From Octopus vulgaris (lineage: Eukaryota): DNA of 64,000 bases. Each line of letters opens with the position of its first letter. Positions within the stretch are counted from its first letter, which is position 1. Under the pieces are notes generated by a model. The model made no database searches. It was not told the DNA's origin and saw only the letters and a list, made by a program, of their open reading frames with translations. Shown one piece after another: positions 58,278 to 64,000 of the stretch. Made by a program: the position numbers and the translations under genes. The DNA lies in the NCBI GenBank assembly GCA_951406725.2, contig OX597830.1, positions 39,804,001-39,868,000 of the forward strand, in the 5' to 3' direction.

Positions 58278-58280
<3 letters not shown>
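55545..58280 (+). mobile_element. Cluster of about 8 co-oriented SINE family B copies
   Basis: Copies near 55545, 55756, 55978, 56350, 56580 (partial), 57280, 57485 and 58070, often joined by (ATT)/(GTT) tails. Confidence 0.85.
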
Positions 58281-58312
<32 letters not shown>

Positions 58313-58399
58313 CGTCGTCGTCGTCGTTGTTGTTGTTGTTGTTGTTGTTCTGAGACTGTGAATTTGAGCACTGTCAGTTACGACTCTGGAACCGATTAT

Positions 58400-59250
58400 G
58401 TTGAATGTATTCTCCTGTATTCTTGTTACCGTTGGCCCGGACAGACACGATTAACGTTCTCTTTGAACCGTTGCAAGTCGGCGGCCGCAGAAAAACGTAT
58501 TCTGGAAAGCAACTCTAAAACCTATCCGCCTTTAATCAGCACTCAGAATGGGATGCACTCCCAAGATTGCTTTGTGCTCTTCGGAGATCTCCAGAACCTG
58601 TATATTCACGTATCTCCTTGCCAATCATTTGTCATTCCATGTTATGTTGGTGCTCACGACCTGTTCACCGTACAGCCCTAAGAAGGAGGCACCATCACCA
58701 ACGATGTTCTTAACTGGGAACATCATTTTACATTACTTCAAATATCATAGCACTAGTTTATGGACAACTATGCAATGCACCTTCTTTAACTGCTTTTTCT
58801 GAAGATCATGCATGCAATTCCAGAAAATATTTCGCCTTCCACCAGCTGCCGACAAGTACTGGACTTAAGTGAAGTCTTTAACAGAGCACTGGTCCTATAT
58901 TTGAGAACGGAGCTGCTGCTATGCACAGAGATCCTGAATCTCATCCAGAGAGGGTGACCAGTCGATTGAATATAATTCAGTCACTCGCGGACACGCGCCA
59001 GCCTCACCCTTGTAAGCACACTGTCTCCTCTCTATCTTCCCTGTCGCTACTATAATGTCCTCTGTTTTTCAGAACTGGATCGCCTTGTGTGTCCTCTAGT
59101 CGCCCCCTCCCTTACCGCGACTAATTCTTTTTCTACCTCGCATCAAATTTGGTCGCATCCAGCTTCCTCGCACTAACTGTTATGCTCTCTAGAATTTTCC
59201 TTCTGTTCATGTCCCTCTGCTCGGTTTCGGAGGAACTGTAAAGGTCATAG
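58400..59250 (+). mobile_element. Decayed CR1/Jockey-like LINE RT 3' remnant
   Basis: Fragmentary RKYF..HQL, WSYI..GAAA..ILNLIQR pattern typical of the post-RT region. Confidence 0.45.
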
Positions 59251-59419
59251 GTCCTTTTAACTGTAAAGGTCCTTATATCTAGCTCTGCGCCGGTCGCTGG
59301 AAATCACAGCTGTTCACACATAAGACAAGGTTTCCTTTAACTTTTCCTTTAACAGCTTATTGAAAGTACGTCAGTTTGTCAAAAGGCAGGACATATCAAC
59401 TTTCTTGCACTTCCTTTTG

Positions 59420-59600
59420 AGGGAGAGAGCCAGTCGATTAGATCGACCCCAGTATGCAACTGGTATTTAATTTATCAACCCTGAAAAGATGACAGGCAAA
59501 GTCGACCTCAGCGGAATTTGAACTCAGAACGTAAAGACAGACGAAATATAGCTAAGAACCTCACCCGGCGTGCTAACATTTCTGCTAGCTCGCCGCCTTA
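59420..59600 (-). mobile_element. SINE family B
   Basis: Homology to 2647-2872. Confidence 0.85.
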
Positions 59601-59616
59601 GTTATTCGTGACATTG

Positions 59617-60120
59617 GCGCAGGCAGGACCTTGTGGGTAATTAGCTCCTATTGCAAACACCTGATTTTGAGTTCAATCTCACTTTGCAGCAACTTCTGTA
59701 TTTTCTGGGCTAATTAGCCCCGAGCTAATCAATGAGTGAATAATTTGAGAATACGAAAATTGTGTGGAAACCCGTCATATATATCTATATGTGTGTGTGT
59801 AGTTGTGCGTGTGTGTGTGTGTGTAGTTGTGTGTGTGTGTGTGTGAGAGAGAGAGTGTAGTTGTGTGTGTGTGTGTGTAAATGTATACATGTGTGTGGAT
59901 GTCTTTGTTTTTGTTCCCCTGACATCGCATGACGACCGATGTTGGCTTGTTTATTTACATGCGTGGAACTGTGAAACTTAGCGGTTCAACAACAAAAACA
60001 AAAATGATAGAGTAAGTACCAGACGTTAAGGAAGCAAGTCGGGGCCGAATTCTCCGACTAAATCCTTCAAGGTGGTGCCCCAACAAGGCCGCAGTCCAAT
60101 GACTGAAACGAGTAAAAGAT
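59617..60120 (+). mobile_element. SINE family A (degenerate)
   Basis: 3' ggtgccccaacaaggccgcagtccaatgactgaaacgagtaaaaga tail and internal (GT)n. Confidence 0.75.
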
Positions 60121-60803
60121 ACAAGCAAAGGTAAATAATCTACCTTGTTTCCCCCATCGCCACCCCCAAGCTGACTCGGACTTAATTCTTATATTTATAT
60201 GAAACAGCAAAGTTGTTATTATGTCTGTTGTAAAAATGTGGACAAACGCCAAAGCCTGTGTTTACAAATGTATTTATTTGTTTACAATAATGTTAGGAGT
60301 CTTATCATTATTTTTGCGTGTATTTTCCTGTTTATTGCTGACAGTATTTATGACAACGTATGCGTTTTTTTGTTGTTGTTTTTTTTACTGCTTATCAGCG
60401 TTTCTTTTGTGACTCTTTACGGTCCGAGTTCAAATTCCGACGAGGTGACATTTGCATTTTCGTTCTTAAAATAAAATAAGCTCAAGTTGAACACTTGAGT
60501 CGATGTAATCGATTTCCCCATCCCCTCAAAAATGGCTGGCTCTGTACTAAAATTAGAACGAAGACAGAATTATTTTCTGGGGTTTTTTTTGTTATGTCTT
60601 TTTAATCGGGTTTTGTTTTGTTTTTTGTTTCTTTTGTTTGTTTTCCTGATTTCTAGAATATTTCTAACAGTTCTCGAAACCTCTTTTGCGTAGCAGTAAA
60701 GGTGCTAAACTCAAAAGCTTTAGCACCTTTCGCCGCTAAACTACCTTTCCTAGTCTTCTGTTAGGAAGAGAGAGAGAGGGAGAGAGAGAGAGAGAGAGAG
60801 AGG

Positions 60804-60854
<51 letters not shown>

Positions 60855-60858
60855 ACGA

Positions 60859-60890
<32 letters not shown>

Positions 60891-61000
60891 AAATTCCATT
60901 CTGTAAAAATTTGGTGGAAATAGAATTGAAATTTCATCGTAGGTGTCACCAGTGATGCTTGAACATACCAAAAAGACGAACCATATAATAAATTATTTCA

Positions 61001-61215
61001 CGGCGGCGAGCTGGCAGAGTCGTTAGCACCCAGGACAAAAATGCTTTGCAGTATTTCGTCTATCTGTATGCTCTGGGTTCAACTTACGCCCAGGTGAGCT
61101 TTGCCTATCATCCTTTCTAGGTCGATAAAATTATTACCAGTTGAGTATTGGGGTCGATGTAATCGACTGGCACCCTCCCTCGAAATTGCTGGCCTTGTGC
61201 CAAAATTTGAAGTTA
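61001..61215 (+). mobile_element. SINE family B
   Basis: ggcggcgagctggcagagtcgttagc head and core. Confidence 0.8.
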
Positions 61216-61640
61216 GTTTTATTAATATTTTCTACTTCAGGCACAAAGTCAAAAAATTTTCAAGGAGAGTCCTGGCCGATCACATTCGCCTCACAGCTTA
61301 ACTGGAACTTATTATATCGGTGTTTCCGCCTTCAAAAAAAAATAAATAAACAGAAAAAAGTTGGGGTCAGCTGGAACCGAACACGGAATGTAAAGAGCTT
61401 CAGACACTCTAGCGATTCTTCTAGCTAAGGACAAGATGAGACATTAACCTAGAAAATTATAAACATTGCATGGGGAAGTGAAAGTAACAAGTCCCAAACA
61501 CACACACACAAATACGCACTACACATATACACATACATATATATGTATATATATATGTATACACAATTATAGGCATAAATATATACATATACGCTCATAC
61601 ATATCTACACGTATATGTGAATATATAAATGTGTGTATAA

Positions 61641-61690
<50 letters not shown>

Positions 61691-61731
61691 GTATGTGTAT
61701 ATATATAGATAGATAAATACATACGTACATA

Positions 61732-61773
<42 letters not shown>

Positions 61774-62219
61774 TATTATGCATATATATGGATATATGTA
61801 TATTTATGCTTATACACATGTACATATGCATATGTGTATATATATATGTGTGTGTATATATGTATGTTTATGCTTGTATACACACACACACGTGTGTGTG
61901 TTGCATCATTGTGCGTGTGGTGTAGTTTATCGAGGCTAAAGGAGGTAGTGCCCTAGACCTTGGGAGCCCTCCCAAGCTGATGGATACGCCAGATGTCCAC
62001 CACTTTGAACATCAGTAAGTTGACGTCTGAAAGAAAAATCTCGTAGGCGGGAAGGAAATCCTTAGGGGTGGTTTTCTGAGGTGAGAGGAATGAGGAAAAG
62101 AATGCGGTTAATACAGTGCCGTAGGAGGGTTAGCAGACATAACATGGCTGACGATATGTATACATACATGCAACACATATATACATACATATATATATGT
62201 GTATATATATATATATATA

Positions 62220-62351
<132 letters not shown>

Positions 62352-62573
62352 GCCATATGCAGCGGGCAAATATGTATTCAGATACACAGATAAACATACG
62401 TGCACACACTCACGCATACGCAGACATGCACGCACGCACACACTCGCGCACGCACACATACACACACACATGCACGCACATACACATATATGTATTTACA
62501 TATGCGTGAGTGTGCTTATGTATATGTGTGTGTGTGTGTGTGTCACATTTACATTTGTATACACATATTTCAC

Positions 62574-62617
<44 letters not shown>

Positions 62618-63010
62618 GTGTGTGTGGAGCGTGTATATATACACATATTGTGAGAGAAGGAAAGAGAGAGAGGGACAGAGAGAGAGAGAGAGAGAGAGAG
62701 AGATGGGCGGCGAAATGCTTTTAACCTATTTATTGGCACACACGCAGACACACAAACATGGAAAACTTAATTTTATTATATTAACTACTAGCTTTTGAAT
62801 TACGCTCAGGTGGACTTTTCTTTTGACCCTTCCGGAAGTGGTAGATCATTGCTGGATCGATAAAACAACAGCGATCCAATCAATAACTGCAGGTCAATTT
62901 TATCAAAGGTAGCCCTCCACCAGTTTTAATGTGGCACTTGGGCCTCTATTGCAAATTCTTATGACAAAACAGTGATGCTGTTTCCTATATTCATCGTCGT
63001 CGTCGTCGCC

Positions 63011-63074
<64 letters not shown>

Positions 63075-63075
63075 C

Positions 63076-63181
<106 letters not shown>

Positions 63182-64000
63182 AAAAAAAAGGTGATGCCGT
63201 TTTATAAGGGCATTCATCGTCATCGCTTTGGTAGCGTAGTGGTTTAGTCCCAGGTCAGTCAGGACGGAGCTGACCTATGATTAATGCGGTTCGATCCCTC
63301 CTCACCATACTGATTTGTTTTTGTTTGGTATTTTCTCCAAACATTCTGTTATAAGGACTTCATAATGTATTTAATGCATCTTTCCTTTTTTTTTTTTTTT
63401 TTTTTGTTCAAAAGTTTATACTTGATTTTGGAGAGATTATTTAGCTGTTTTTTCTAGCAGGTTGTAGAGGCCACTTATTGAGCAGTGCCTCTGGCTTGTA
63501 ACTATTGCTATTGTTTAGTTCTGCGTCATCTTCCAACCGTGGCCATCAAGTTTAATTCCTTACAGGTAGATTAAATAGAATTACATTATCCAGCGACTCC
63601 TTTCCTAAGATGTTAAGTAGGTTGTTGTTTTCGAAGAAAGCTTCGGTTACGATTATCTCTTCCTTAGCAGACCGAGCGGACAAGTCGGCAGCTTGGGCGA
63701 TTCTTGATAATGCGTAGTAAGGCTATTTAAGACAAATACTCATATATTAAGACCGACAAACGCACAACTAACACACATTGTTGTTAATATACATATATAC
63801 ATACATTGTCGTTTGTGTACTCACCTGTAATATGCTGAAATTTCGATATAAACAACAAAAGTCACCAAATGCACCCACATTACGTAAGACAGCGGCGCAG
63901 GCGCACTGGATACGTGTGTATGTTTGTATGTGTATGGATACATATATATATGTATGTATGTGTATATGTATGTTTGTATTTGTGCATATGCATATATATA

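Noticed and set aside
55545-58280. Regularly recurring repeat resembling a CRISPR array
   Set aside because: Units are ~200-bp diverged SINEs in eukaryotic DNA; no constant repeat-spacer structure and no cas genes
60698-60730. 12-bp-stem hairpin aaaggtgctaaa/tttagcaccttt
   Set aside because: Isolated, with no context supporting a terminator or element end

Overview
Eukaryotic, AT-rich, microsatellite-saturated, almost entirely non-genic DNA. The SINE types and repeat density suggest a cephalopod (Octopus-like) genome; this is inference, not a database result. Nearly all ORFs in the track are artefacts of (TA)n, (CA)n, (GATA)n, (AAT)n, (CAT)n and (GAA)n tracts. The real content is a transposon graveyard: (i) several Penelope-like element (PLE) remnants with RT and GIY-YIG motifs; (ii) a 15-kb stack of R4/Dong-clade RLE retrotransposons in (AAT)n tracts, including one near-full-length dead copy; (iii) three tRNA-derived SINE families; (iv) Tc1/mariner, hAT, Helitron, RTE and CR1/Jockey remnants. 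The most notable signal, absent from the ORF track, is about ten minimal type-I hammerhead-ribozyme (HHR) motifs from at least five sequence families. Some have canonical cores; others have recurrent non-canonical cores (CCGANGA, CUGUNGA). Several lie in spacer-less palindromes inside (TA)n, including a 742-bp hairpin. A few unique islands may be host exons or a promoter (low to moderate confidence). All calls are by eye, and repeat boundaries are approximate.
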